From an uncultured archaeon (GTDB taxonomy: Archaea; Aenigmatarchaeota; Aenigmatarchaeia; QMZP01): a DNA stretch of 64,000 nt. Position numbers and translations under genes: made by a program. Every line of letters begins with the position of its first letter. Position 1 is the first letter of the stretch. The DNA is taken from contig CAYMDJ010000001.1 of assembly GCA_964389315.1 (NCBI GenBank), positions 543 through 64,542 of the forward strand. Reading direction: 5' to 3'. Below, piece after piece: positions 17,374 to 27,180 of this stretch. The notes below the pieces were generated by a model. The model was not told the DNA's origin, did no database searches, and worked only from the letters and a program-made list of their open reading frames with translations.

Positions 17374-18411
17374 TTAAATAGGAATGATTCCTCCCTGAAA
17401 AACGAGCGTGAGGACGTATCCTATAAGGATAAAGGCAGCGAAAGGCTGGGTCTGGCAGACCCTGACCGTAGCGAAGCCTATACTCCCCTGCTTCCTGAGG
17501 CGCTTTATCCTTTCAACGTCCGCCTTCGTGAGCTCATCCAGGCCGTGGACAAACCTTCTCTTCTTCTGCTGGAGGAATTCAACAAGGCTCGAGTTCAGGA
17601 AGCTTATCCTTGAATATTCTTTTCCCTTGCGGTATATTCCCTCTGCCATAATCATGCCCGGCACGAGTTTCTCTATTCGCACCTCGCTGGTGAACGTGTA
17701 GTATGCAAGGTGTATGAGGAAGAACCTGAAGAAAACGAATACACCGGCAACGAGGAGGAAGAACTGAAGGCTCGCCAGGGTGAAGAGGCCCTGGAAATCC
17801 AGGAGGGCCCTCAGGACTGCAAGGAGTGCGAAGAATGCCTCTGCCTTTGCGCTTATCGTGACTGAGAAGAGCTCATATACAGCAAAGAGGATAAGGATGG
17901 TTATGAAGTAGTCTGCCTCTATCCCGGCAAGCCTTATAAGGCCTGTGAAGAACCACATGAAGCCTATCAGGATGATGAATATGAACGATATCCTGTAGGG
18001 GTTGAGCGAATGGGTGATGGCTTTCTTTATGGAGGATGCCTTGCTTCTGATAATGACATAGGCAACCATGAACGCAAAGACCGGGATGAAGATGTTCGCC
18101 ATGTATGGGAGAACAAGGCTTTCTGAATAGAGTCCCTGCGGGAAGAGGAGCAGGAGGGCAGTGAAGAGCTTGGCATCCCCTCCTGGCCAGAGGCCGAGCC
18201 ACCAGAAGAGGAAGGCTATGAAGAAGCCATAGAGGAACGTGGAGGCTATAGCAAGTGTGTCTGTCAAGAGCGCGCCTGAAAGGGCCTGGTAGGCAATGCC
18301 CAGGAGCAGCAGGGCGAGGATGAGCCTGTTCCTTATTATCCCGTGCCTTATGTCCTGGTAGCATATGTATATGCCCAGCAACAGGACAGGGAGAAGAATC
18401 AGGTCCAGCAT
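17374..18411 (-). CDS. Archaeal prepilin/preflagellin peptidase (A24 family, PibD/FlaK-like) with extra C-terminal TM helices.
   Basis: Polytopic membrane protein with an N-terminal Asp region (YQDIRHG) and GLWPGGDAKLF (the GGDxKL second catalytic Asp motif). Confidence 0.7.
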   Translation of the reverse strand: MLDLILLPVLLLGIYICYQDIRHGIIRNRLILALLLLGIAYQALSGALLTDTLAIASTFLYGFFIAFLFWWLGLWPGGDAKLFTALLLLFPQGLYSESLVLPYMANIFIPVFAFMVAYVIIRSKASSIKKAITHSLNPYRISFIFIILIGFMWFFTGLIRLAGIEADYFITILILFAVYELFSVTISAKAEAFFALLAVLRALLDFQGLFTLASLQFFLLVAGVFVFFRFFLIHLAYYTFTSEVRIEKLVPGMIMAEGIYRKGKEYSRISFLNSSLVEFLQQKKRRFVHGLDELTKADVERIKRLRKQGSIGFATVRVCQTQPFAAFILIGYVLTLVFQGGIIPI

Positions 18412-18446
18412 TTTATGTTATTGGGGATTGGGATTAATAACCTGAC

Positions 18447-19886
18447 CTATTTCATTATGTTATCGTTCCTGTACCAGCTTAGGAAGGTTTTCCTGTCCCT
18501 TTCTGAGAAGACCAGCCTCCTGGTTATTGATTCCAGAACGTGGTTGTTAATCTTGCAGCGGTCATCCATGGCGAGCTTGGAGATTATTGTTCCCTGGGCA
18601 GCGTGTGTGTATATCGGACAGATGCCGCAGAACGGGTTCCATGCGCAGTTGTCGCAGAGGTATCCCTGCTTTGAGGATACGTCAATCATGCTGGTAGCAG
18701 TCTTGTTGTTGAAGACCCTGTTGTAGGGTGTGGTCTTTGCGTTTCCGAGCCTCAGCTCCTTGAAGAGCTTGCCCTCATCGCAGGTGTGTATGTCTCCCTT
18801 GTAGTTATAGAACAGCTGCCCGATAGCAGCTCCGCAGGGTGACTGTATGTCAACGAACATCGGATCCCATCTCTGCAGCAGCTTCTTGAGGAAGATGACT
18901 GTCAGATGCTCAAAGAACGGGGTCCTGGCATTGGTCTCTATTATGTAATCCAGCGTTTCGTCCCAGAACTTCAGGTATTCCTCGGGTGTGTAGCCTATGC
19001 TGTTCCATGCCTTGCCTGCAAGGCCTATGTTGTTCATGAACCTCAGGAAGATTCCGTCGAACCCGAGCCTGATATATTCGTCCACCATCTCCCTGCCATA
19101 ACCGAGTGAATGCCTGGTTATGGTGGTAAGGGCCCTGAGGTTGAAGTCGTGCTTCCATTCGTTCTTCATTCTCCCTATCCAGTATACAACGTCATCGTAA
19201 GTTCCCTTGCCATCGATGTATTTCCTGTTCCTGTTGTGGAGCTCCCTGGGGCCGTCCAGGGATGTTGCAATTCCCATAAGCCTCCTCTTGGCCAGGCTTC
19301 TGAGTATGTCCTCGTCCATTAGCGTGAGGTTTGTTACGAGCCTGAAATTCATTTTCTTGCCCGCTTTTCTGGATTTCTCCCTGGCGTAGTCAATTATGTA
19401 TTCCACCATAGGGAAGTTCATGAGGCAGTCCCCTCCCTGGAACTCTATCACGAGGCTGTCAGATGGGGTTTTCAGTATGAAGTCGACCACAGACCTTGCG
19501 GTTTCCTGGTCCATGTCATGCCCCCGCGATCCCTCACTGACCATGGAATGGCAGTATACGCAGGCGGAGTTGCACCTCATCGTGGGTGTGATTATATGGA
19601 GCGTGGGCGGCCTGAAGAGGAAGTGGTTCCTTTCTGCATAGGACCTGACGACATCCCTTACATTCCTCTCGGTGAGGATTATTCCCTTCTGTTCAAGGAA
19701 GGAGAAGAGAGTCGGGTCTTCCTCAACCCTCTCCAGCCTGAGGAGTTCATGCTCTTGCTCAGATAGGACTGCCCATGCACCGTGGTCTGTGGTCACAAGA
19801 TAACAATCTTCCAGCTTCTTGGAAACGAAATAGTTCGATGTATATTGCTTATCAGAGAAATCTGAGCTGAGGTGGGTTATTTCCAT
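18447..19886 (-). CDS. Radical SAM/SPASM enzyme with a roughly 100-aa N-terminal extension, which may be a peptide-recognition (RRE-like) domain.
   Basis: CNSACVYCHS cluster at about residue 105, GGDCLMNF motif, C-terminal CDNCAWNPFCGICP and a further Cys. Confidence 0.75.
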   Translation of the reverse strand: MEITHLSSDFSDKQYTSNYFVSKKLEDCYLVTTDHGAWAVLSEQEHELLRLERVEEDPTLFSFLEQKGIILTERNVRDVVRSYAERNHFLFRPPTLHIITPTMRCNSACVYCHSMVSEGSRGHDMDQETARSVVDFILKTPSDSLVIEFQGGDCLMNFPMVEYIIDYAREKSRKAGKKMNFRLVTNLTLMDEDILRSLAKRRLMGIATSLDGPRELHNRNRKYIDGKGTYDDVVYWIGRMKNEWKHDFNLRALTTITRHSLGYGREMVDEYIRLGFDGIFLRFMNNIGLAGKAWNSIGYTPEEYLKFWDETLDYIIETNARTPFFEHLTVIFLKKLLQRWDPMFVDIQSPCGAAIGQLFYNYKGDIHTCDEGKLFKELRLGNAKTTPYNRVFNNKTATSMIDVSSKQGYLCDNCAWNPFCGICPIYTHAAQGTIISKLAMDDRCKINNHVLESITRRLVFSERDRKTFLSWYRNDNIMK

Positions 19887-19966
19887 TTTATCACATTTTA
19901 GATTGTCGGGATTATATTTAAATCCGGTTAAACATGAACAGGACCTGGTGGATATTTAGCGTGGTG

Positions 19967-22003
19967 TTAATTATAGGAGGCGTCTGATATGCACCTCTCC
20001 ATTATTGAGGGGTCTATTATCTGGTGGCAGGCATCGGGATTCTTTTCTGCAAGGGCATTGCATAGTATTCTTATGTCAGGCTCGGTTATGTTTGTGCATA
20101 GTTCATTTTTGCCTGTTGAGGAGGCGAACTCAAGTATGCAGGAATCCCTGCCAGCCTCGCCCAGGAGCATGCATTCCTCAGGGTTGCCACCAATCAGGGC
20201 GAGGCAGTTGGACCTATACCAGTCAAGGTCTATGTAATTGCAGTATTGCATGTTCTTCGTGAGGAAGGCCAGGCAGAACATCTTCTCGTTGATTGGCCTG
20301 CCCCCACACTCCTGAGAGCCTGTCTCGACGCCCTCTCTGCAGAGGGAGGCTTCTTTGCTGCCTTCTATTCCCTCGCAGAAAGAGGTGTTATAATTATCAA
20401 CTGCCATGGCTATATAGTAATTATCATCAACCGTTATCTGCATTGTCTTGCTTGCAGGAGAGCCTGTGCGGCCGCTGGAATCGATGGGTGTGTATTCTAT
20501 CTTTAGAAAGTCTCCCTCCTCCAGTCCGCTAAGTTTTGTCTGGCTTCCCTCTCCGAAAAGTTTGCCGTTAACATACCATCTGTATTCTGATTCTCCTTCT
20601 ATGCTCAGGCCGAAATAAATTCCCTTTGCAGAGACCTGGGAACCCGGGTATAAAATCTTCGGGTTTGTTACTATGCCCCTGGCAAACGGGGGCAGGTCCG
20701 TTATCTTGATGGTTTCTGAATTTACTGGCTCGCCCTCGAGCCCTGTAAAGTCTATCGGATGGTATGCGGCTCTTATCTCGTCGCCATCCTTTACTGGAAC
20801 CAGTGAGAGGTCCAGGGGATTTGAGCGGGCGTTTTCTATGGGCTGGTTGTTCTTATACCAGACAAGTGGGGATATTGGTTCCGGCATCCTCTCAATGTCG
20901 TTCGGTGAGTGGTATTCAGTATGGAGATGGACATAACCGTTATTTGCGTCGAACCGGAGGGAAATGTATGCGCTCGGTCTTTTTGTGTTGGTAAGTAAGC
21001 CATATGTCTTTGTGCTGGTGTTCGTTCCCTGGTATTCGACCATTAAGGATATGTTGTGTATCCCGTCTCCCCTGCAGAAATCGCTTGTTATGAACGTCTC
21101 CGCATACCTTCCATTAGCGGGACGGGGTTCCCATGGTCCATCATCGCAGCGGAACCAAATCCTGTCCATGCTGTCATTGTATTCGGCCCTTATTATGATG
21201 TAATCGTAAAGCGTCATGTTCATGGAATTTTTCTCCTCCTGTGGGAAAATCAGGTCCTTAAGGTTCGGGTTATACAATTCTGTATATGGCTGGTCTGTCT
21301 TGGAGACTGAATAGGATGTGTATTCACCACCAGGTGTTTTGAATGCAAGAGTATTCTCCCCTTCGGAGAGTGAGTCGCTGCTTATGGAAACCGAACCTGA
21401 ATCGTAGCATGTCCATTCCTGCGGATGCTGCTCTGTGCCGTATATGATTTTGTCATGGTTCAGCGCAATCCGCAGCTTGATGCTGTTATTCACTGTATTC
21501 ATGTAAAGATTGATTGGATAATCCTCTGTAAAACCGTAGAGGGTGCTGCCGAGGATCTTGGTGTATTTGAAATGGTCGCTCCCGGATGGGAGGGCCGAGT
21601 TATCAAAGAAAGTGTATGATGTTATGAATTCTGTTATGGTGGCGTTGTTGATGAATTCGATGGAGTTGTTCGTTATCTTAATGTCGCTTTCATTGCTACA
21701 GGGCCCTGCAACGCCCTTGTCAAGGTCATAGCACATATTGTCCCTGAAAACCATCTCGTATAGCGGGGACCATGGCTCGTATTGTGAAATGCATATCCCA
21801 TTGGCTGACTTGTTTATGAGGGAGAATGTGATTGACTGTCCTTGAAAGAGCACATCGAGATTGTTGGGATTCTCTATATCGAGCCATTCATTAATCCCGC
21901 CCCCTGCAGAGCCTGTTTCCGTGGGCAACGGTTGCAGAACATGAAGGAGCATGATGATTATAAGCACGGCCAGTGGAAGCATTGCATACGTGAGCTTATT
22001 CAT
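19967..22003 (-). CDS. Secreted N-glycosylated protein (678 aa) with a Cys-rich C-terminal region.
   Basis: Signal peptide MNKLTYAMLPLAVLIIIMLLHVL, many N-x-S/T sites, and about 18 Cys in the last 140 aa. It overlaps the upstream rSAM gene by 8 bp. Confidence 0.6.
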   Translation of the reverse strand: MNKLTYAMLPLAVLIIIMLLHVLQPLPTETGSAGGGINEWLDIENPNNLDVLFQGQSITFSLINKSANGICISQYEPWSPLYEMVFRDNMCYDLDKGVAGPCSNESDIKITNNSIEFINNATITEFITSYTFFDNSALPSGSDHFKYTKILGSTLYGFTEDYPINLYMNTVNNSIKLRIALNHDKIIYGTEQHPQEWTCYDSGSVSISSDSLSEGENTLAFKTPGGEYTSYSVSKTDQPYTELYNPNLKDLIFPQEEKNSMNMTLYDYIIIRAEYNDSMDRIWFRCDDGPWEPRPANGRYAETFITSDFCRGDGIHNISLMVEYQGTNTSTKTYGLLTNTKRPSAYISLRFDANNGYVHLHTEYHSPNDIERMPEPISPLVWYKNNQPIENARSNPLDLSLVPVKDGDEIRAAYHPIDFTGLEGEPVNSETIKITDLPPFARGIVTNPKILYPGSQVSAKGIYFGLSIEGESEYRWYVNGKLFGEGSQTKLSGLEEGDFLKIEYTPIDSSGRTGSPASKTMQITVDDNYYIAMAVDNYNTSFCEGIEGSKEASLCREGVETGSQECGGRPINEKMFCLAFLTKNMQYCNYIDLDWYRSNCLALIGGNPEECMLLGEAGRDSCILEFASSTGKNELCTNITEPDIRILCNALAEKNPDACHQIIDPSIMERCISDASYN

Positions 22004-22943
22004 GCTCTATTATTTGTTTCGAATCTTTAATCACCTTTCCCATTACAGGAACGAATTCTGAAGGACCATATCTTTCTGCATACTCCTTCCAGGGGCCTTC
22101 ACATATCAGATCAAAGCGGCATCTCTTGCACTGGTCGAACTTGGCCTTTCCCTGGGTTTTCCTCAGCCGGTCGAAGTTCCTTGTTATTCTCTTTGCATCG
22201 ATTATCTCTGAAGGTGGCATGTATAGCTCTGAGCAATGCCTCTCATAGCCCTTCATGAAGCAGAAGGGATAGGCCTCTATCATGACAGGAGCCTCGTTCG
22301 AGACCGCAATATCTATTGCATCGTGGACGTATTTCATGACCTCTGATTTCCTGGGCACGAGCAGATTGAAGTTCTTCCATGCGTTGCCTACAGGGTGTAT
22401 GAAGGCCAGCTGGAACTGGTCCACCCTGAGGTCTGTAAATAGCTGGACGATATCCTGGAGGTGCCTGGAGTTTGGCTTGGTTATTACGGAGTTCATTACG
22501 ACTCGCTGCCCGAACTCCTTGAGGTTCCTTATTCCCCGGACCGCCTGGTCAAAGGCGCCGGGAGACCTCGTTATATAGTCATGTATTTCCTGAGTGTGCC
22601 CATGGATTGCAGGGGCGAACTCTGTCACACCCGCCCCGATCAGGCTGCGGACAAAGGGTTTATAGCACAGCCTCCTTCCGTTGGTCTGGATCTGGACGTG
22701 TTCGTATCCGATGTCCCTTGCGTGCCTTATTATCTCACAAAGGTCATTCCTCATGGTTGGTTCTCCGCCTGTAAGGACCACCTCATTTGCGCCGTGCGAG
22801 AAGCCAATCTCGAGGTTCCTCTTGACCTGTTCTGTGGAGAGGTCTCCTAGGTGCTTGTTGTGAGCCTGGGGGCATGAGAGGCAGTTGTTGTTGCAGGAAA
22901 ATCCCACCTTCAGGTCAAGGCGCTTTGTTTTTTCTTTGGCCAT
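21996..22943 (-). CDS. Radical SAM protein of the CNNNCxxC type. It is the closest paralog of 10198-11106.
   Basis: SCNNNCLSC cluster, GGEPT motif, C-terminus CKRCRFDLICEGPWKEYAERYGPSEFVPV. Confidence 0.8.
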   Translation of the reverse strand: MAKEKTKRLDLKVGFSCNNNCLSCPQAHNKHLGDLSTEQVKRNLEIGFSHGANEVVLTGGEPTMRNDLCEIIRHARDIGYEHVQIQTNGRRLCYKPFVRSLIGAGVTEFAPAIHGHTQEIHDYITRSPGAFDQAVRGIRNLKEFGQRVVMNSVITKPNSRHLQDIVQLFTDLRVDQFQLAFIHPVGNAWKNFNLLVPRKSEVMKYVHDAIDIAVSNEAPVMIEAYPFCFMKGYERHCSELYMPPSEIIDAKRITRNFDRLRKTQGKAKFDQCKRCRFDLICEGPWKEYAERYGPSEFVPVMGKVIKDSKQIIEHE

Positions 22944-23001
22944 GATAATAGTTTGGGTTAGTTTTAAAATACAGGGTGTTCGCCTGATTTTTTAGCCACG
23001 G

Positions 23002-24015
23002 TTAAAATCTGAGCATCCTCCTAAAGGATTCATGCAGCTTGTTTATTAAAAATCTGATGATTTTCCTTTTTTTAAGGACCAGCGGGTTCGATAGTCCGAG
23101 CATGCTCATTGGAAGGAAGGCCTTCTTTCTGAATCTGATCGCTATCATAATCTCAATTAGCTTTATTTTTAGAAACGCGGGCAAGGAAACATTCTTGTAT
23201 CTTGATGTTCCCCCGGTCGATATTATGACCGACCTGCAGAAACCGTGATTAATCATATCATAATACACGAATAGCCTGCTTAGATAGCAATTCGTGTCAA
23301 CCGGATCAATTTCTTTGATGAGGCGCTCTTCCATGACTCGCTTTCCTATAAAGGATGGTGACAGAGCAGGCATGACATGGAGGGGGAAAAGAATCCGTGG
23401 CCGACTGCTTTTTGTGTTTATTTCAATTCCCCTGCAAATGTCATTAATCTCTCGCCTCGGGAGTTCGTAGAAAGCATCACCCTGATCGATGACGAATCCA
23501 GTGACTATTAGTGGTATGTTTTCTCTTGCTGCAATCCTTATAAACTCTTCATATTTGCTTCTGAAGCATACCTTGCACAATCTGTTTTCAAGGCTCTGTC
23601 CTCGCTCGAGAAATTTTTGACGAAGAATTTTTCTTAATCCATCATCCTGGTAGTAAAGGGAATCAAGGCCGAGAATCTCGATTGTTCTCTTGATGTTTTC
23701 AATCGCAGCGGGCGGGAGAAATCCGTTGTCTATAGTCACGGCAAGAACCCTTAATTTGTATTTTCTCGATAGGATATACGCAAGATAGGCGCTGTCCTTT
23801 CCGCCGCTTAACCCAAGCAGACAATGATATTTGTAAGGCCTGCCCTTTATCTTATTTATGGTTTTTTCCCAGTTCTTTCTGTAAAGATTCTTTAGTTTTT
23901 TATCGTCCCTGTGCTCCTTGCAAACGTGGCAGAAGTCGCCCCTGGGTATGCCAGATACGTATGTAGGGATTAGGCATTTCCTGCATTCTTCAGCGGAGTC
24001 TCTCATGATAGACAA
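23002..24015 (-). CDS. PP-loop ATP pyrophosphatase with an N-terminal zinc ribbon (TtuA/NcsA-like sulfurtransferase family).
   Basis: CRKC...CHVC at the N-terminus, LSGGKDS PP-loop, internal CKVC. The C-terminal roughly 80 aa is low-complexity, so the true stop may lie earlier. Confidence 0.6.
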   Translation of the reverse strand: MSIMRDSAEECRKCLIPTYVSGIPRGDFCHVCKEHRDDKKLKNLYRKNWEKTINKIKGRPYKYHCLLGLSGGKDSAYLAYILSRKYKLRVLAVTIDNGFLPPAAIENIKRTIEILGLDSLYYQDDGLRKILRQKFLERGQSLENRLCKVCFRSKYEEFIRIAARENIPLIVTGFVIDQGDAFYELPRREINDICRGIEINTKSSRPRILFPLHVMPALSPSFIGKRVMEERLIKEIDPVDTNCYLSRLFVYYDMINHGFCRSVIISTGGTSRYKNVSLPAFLKIKLIEIMIAIRFRKKAFLPMSMLGLSNPLVLKKRKIIRFLINKLHESFRRMLRF

Positions 24016-24085
24016 TTTCTTTTGTTATTTAAAACGTCATGCTTAAGTGTCCATGATAAGAAGCTTTGAGTTGGTTTTTTAATGA

Positions 24086-26029
24086 TTGTTGCTCAGAACT
24101 TTAATAGATTGTATGGGAGCCATATTCGGATATGTCGGTTTTGAAGACAACAATCTTGTTAGGAAAATGTCCAGACCAATGAGACATAGGTCAATGGATG
24201 GGTATAGGTATTACAAGAACAAGGACTTGGTCTTTGGCCAGGGGATTTCTAAGATCGGTGCTGATTGCTCTCCTGGACCAATCATAAGCGAGGATGGTGA
24301 TATCGTCCTTCTTTTTGACGGGCGCGTTTTTAGAGCAGATAAAATCAGGTCATCCCTTGAATCAGAAGGGCATGAATTCAAGACCGGTTTTAGCGGAGAG
24401 GTAATCCTTCATTTGTATGAGGAATGTGGGATGAAATTCCTTAACAGGATAAACGGTGATTTTGGGTTCTGTTTGTATGATTCCGGTAAAAGGAAACTTT
24501 TTTTGTGTTCTGATAACTCGGGGTCAAGGCCCATATATTACCATGAAAACGGCAGGGCGCTTGTTTTTGCGTCTGACATTAAACCTATCTTACAGTACGA
24601 TGTGTTTGAGAGGAAACTTGATGAGTACGCATTCAATTTGTTCTTGACCTATCTCTTTCTGCCAACAGAGAAGACCATGTTGCAGGGAATTAGGAGGGTC
24701 ATGCCATCCACTTATGTTGTTTTTGATTCGGGTTCTTTAGAGACCGTTAGATATTTTGAAATAAAAGAGAATATTGACAACACGAAGAGTGAGGAATATT
24801 TCATTAAGAAAACAAGAGCGGGGCTGGAAAGGGCCATAGATGACAGGTTTATTGATGGCGTTCCAATACACATGAGCCTGGGCGGCCTTGATTCCAGTGC
24901 AGTTGTAGGAATCCTCTCATCAAGAGCGGACGTCATCAATACGCATACGATAAGGTTTGATAACGAATTTGATGAGGGCGGGTTTGCAAGAGAGGTTTCG
25001 GAAATGCACGGAACAAGCCATCATGAATTTTATGTTGATGGTGATTCAATAGAGGGCTTTTACAAAAAAATGCTGGCAAATTTCAACTCACCCTCTGTCA
25101 TAAACATGGTTGCAATTAGCCTATATAGTATATTTTCAAAGATGGCTGGTAAGAGGTCGCTTTTTTTCAATGGAGAGGGTGCAGATGAGGTCTTTGGTGG
25201 CTTAAAGAACGAAAGTATGCTAAAATACAGGAGCCTTCTGAATATGCCTAAACCTGTAAGGAATTTTATAAGCAAGTCTTTTATTGCATCGGCCAACGGG
25301 ATGGGGGGTTTTGCTGATTTCATGCGGCTCAATAAGGGCCGGTTTGAGAGATCTACCATCAATGAATATGCTAAATTCCTCAAGGAATTGGTTTCCATGG
25401 ACAGGAGCTATGCGAACCTCACGCCAACCTTTTATTTTGATGGGTATGAAGCCGGTGTAAATTGTGATGGCAAAGACCTGTTTTTATACAGGAAAGGCCT
25501 CAATGACAAGCGTTTTTGTTATGTGAACAGACTAATGAAAATGGACACCGAATCCAGGGCGTATCTTGATGGTTTGGCAAGAAACGAAATAATATGCAGT
25601 TCTCGCGGACTGCTTAACAACTGCCCGTTCCTGGACAAGGAACTGATAATTTTTTCTTTCAAGGTTCCCATGAGGTATAAATTCAGAAGGAATTCAAATA
25701 AAGCGCTTTTGGCGAAGGCCACAAAAAATCTTTTTCCGAAGAGAGATTTGATTGGTAAGGGTTTGTTTACCAGGGGGGCACTTAGTGTTTATAACGACTA
25801 TTTTACTCAAAACCGCTCGCTTTTAGAGAACCTATTTGAGAAATCAGAGGTGTTCAACATGTTCAGAAGGGATTTTCTTGATAAAAACGTCAATCAACTT
25901 GCTAGGAGGTCCAGCGATTGCTTCAGCACAAAGGGTTTTTATAGAATCTCAAAAATACATACGCTGCTCTCGCTTGGTTTATGGTATGAACATTATTTCA
26001 ACGACGAGAAGATAAGCAATTTTTTCTGA
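24086..26029 (+). CDS. Asparagine-synthetase-B-like adenylating enzyme. The Ntn glutaminase Cys at position 2 is missing (TTG start; the N-terminus reads ..DCMGAIFGY).
   Basis: HRSMDG (similar to HRGPDG), and the SLGGLDSS PP-motif of the synthetase domain. It is about 640 aa, as in AsnB and the lasso-cyclase/amidotransferase relatives. Confidence 0.7.
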   Translation: MLLRTLIDCMGAIFGYVGFEDNNLVRKMSRPMRHRSMDGYRYYKNKDLVFGQGISKIGADCSPGPIISEDGDIVLLFDGRVFRADKIRSSLESEGHEFKTGFSGEVILHLYEECGMKFLNRINGDFGFCLYDSGKRKLFLCSDNSGSRPIYYHENGRALVFASDIKPILQYDVFERKLDEYAFNLFLTYLFLPTEKTMLQGIRRVMPSTYVVFDSGSLETVRYFEIKENIDNTKSEEYFIKKTRAGLERAIDDRFIDGVPIHMSLGGLDSSAVVGILSSRADVINTHTIRFDNEFDEGGFAREVSEMHGTSHHEFYVDGDSIEGFYKKMLANFNSPSVINMVAISLYSIFSKMAGKRSLFFNGEGADEVFGGLKNESMLKYRSLLNMPKPVRNFISKSFIASANGMGGFADFMRLNKGRFERSTINEYAKFLKELVSMDRSYANLTPTFYFDGYEAGVNCDGKDLFLYRKGLNDKRFCYVNRLMKMDTESRAYLDGLARNEIICSSRGLLNNCPFLDKELIIFSFKVPMRYKFRRNSNKALLAKATKNLFPKRDLIGKGLFTRGALSVYNDYFTQNRSLLENLFEKSEVFNMFRRDFLDKNVNQLARRSSDCFSTKGFYRISKIHTLLSLGLWYEHYFNDEKISNFF

Positions 26030-26049
26030 AGGCCCATTGGGACAACTTC

Positions 26050-27180
26050 CTAAGTCATTTTTTTAATAATGTCCATTGGTCTTGGAGGACAGCCCGGAAC
26101 CCATATAAGGTTATGCTTCCTAGCGAGTTCCCTTGTGCAGTTCCCTACACATACGACCTTGCCGTGCTTCTCTGGGACGTCGCTTTTTCCTGATAGGATG
26201 TCAACCCTCCTGAGGATTCCGTTATAGAAGAATATCGGCCACAATAAAGGGTTTCTCATTATCTGGATATTTAAGTCGATAAGTGCGCGGGTGCAACCCG
26301 AACATGTTTCGTCTGTGAACCAGTAATAGAAGTTGAATTTCCTGTCATGATCTGTCGGTTTCTTGAATTTCATCTTATGCGCAGATAGCTCGTTAAGAAC
26401 TTCCTTTGGGAAGGATATTCGCCTTTTCCCTGAAGCGATTCTGAGGTGCTCTATCTTCATTGGGTCCATTCCCATGAGCATAGAGGACAGGAAATCCACC
26501 TTAAGGGCGTCTGTTCCTATGACAAGCAGGTTTATGTTTTTTACTGGATTGCCTGTAGAACCGGGGCCATTCCCTTCAACGCCGCTAGTTGCATCCACCA
26601 TGGAAAGGTCTGGCTTTATGGCAGAATATAGCTTTGCTATGTTCCTGTGAAGGTCTCTGTGAGAAGACCGCTTTTCCTGAAGTGTCAGGAGCCCTTTCTG
26701 GTTCTTAAGGCAAAGGGTAACCCCTGTTTGTGAATGGGTCTTGAGCTTGGATATGTTTATGTATTCTGAGTTAAGAACCAGTCTCGGTATTGATATCTTG
26801 CGGCCGGCTGCATTGAGGTATATCCTCTCGGTCTCATATAAGTCTACTAGGGCCACGCCGGTCTTTTTGCAGAGTTTCTTGTATCCTGTTTTATTGAAAA
26901 CGTGGCGGGTGTTTTCTGATACAGGACCCTCTCCCACGGCTATTTCATCTATATCAATGTCTTGGAGGTATTCTATAAGACCTTCCACTACCTTTAGGTT
27001 TGTTATGTAAGGTGTCCCGGGGCGGTATTCGCCGACTATGTTAGGCTTTATGAAAACCTTTTTTTTCTTTGGTCTGTAACCAAAACTGGCGAGTGATTCG
27101 TATACGTCTTGTCTGGTTTTCCTTCCTAGTTTGAATATTTCAGGGTTCATGAAATCACTAGATGTTATTATATTTTTCAT
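26050..27180 (-). CDS. DUF362-family protein (function unknown, frequently Fe-S associated).
   Basis: Motifs IKPNIV, LKTHSQTGVTLCLKNQKG and VDATSGVEGNGP. It overlaps the upstream rSAM gene by 23 bp. Confidence 0.55.
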   Translation of the reverse strand: MKNIITSSDFMNPEIFKLGRKTRQDVYESLASFGYRPKKKKVFIKPNIVGEYRPGTPYITNLKVVEGLIEYLQDIDIDEIAVGEGPVSENTRHVFNKTGYKKLCKKTGVALVDLYETERIYLNAAGRKISIPRLVLNSEYINISKLKTHSQTGVTLCLKNQKGLLTLQEKRSSHRDLHRNIAKLYSAIKPDLSMVDATSGVEGNGPGSTGNPVKNINLLVIGTDALKVDFLSSMLMGMDPMKIEHLRIASGKRRISFPKEVLNELSAHKMKFKKPTDHDRKFNFYYWFTDETCSGCTRALIDLNIQIMRNPLLWPIFFYNGILRRVDILSGKSDVPEKHGKVVCVGNCTRELARKHNLIWVPGCPPRPMDIIKKMT

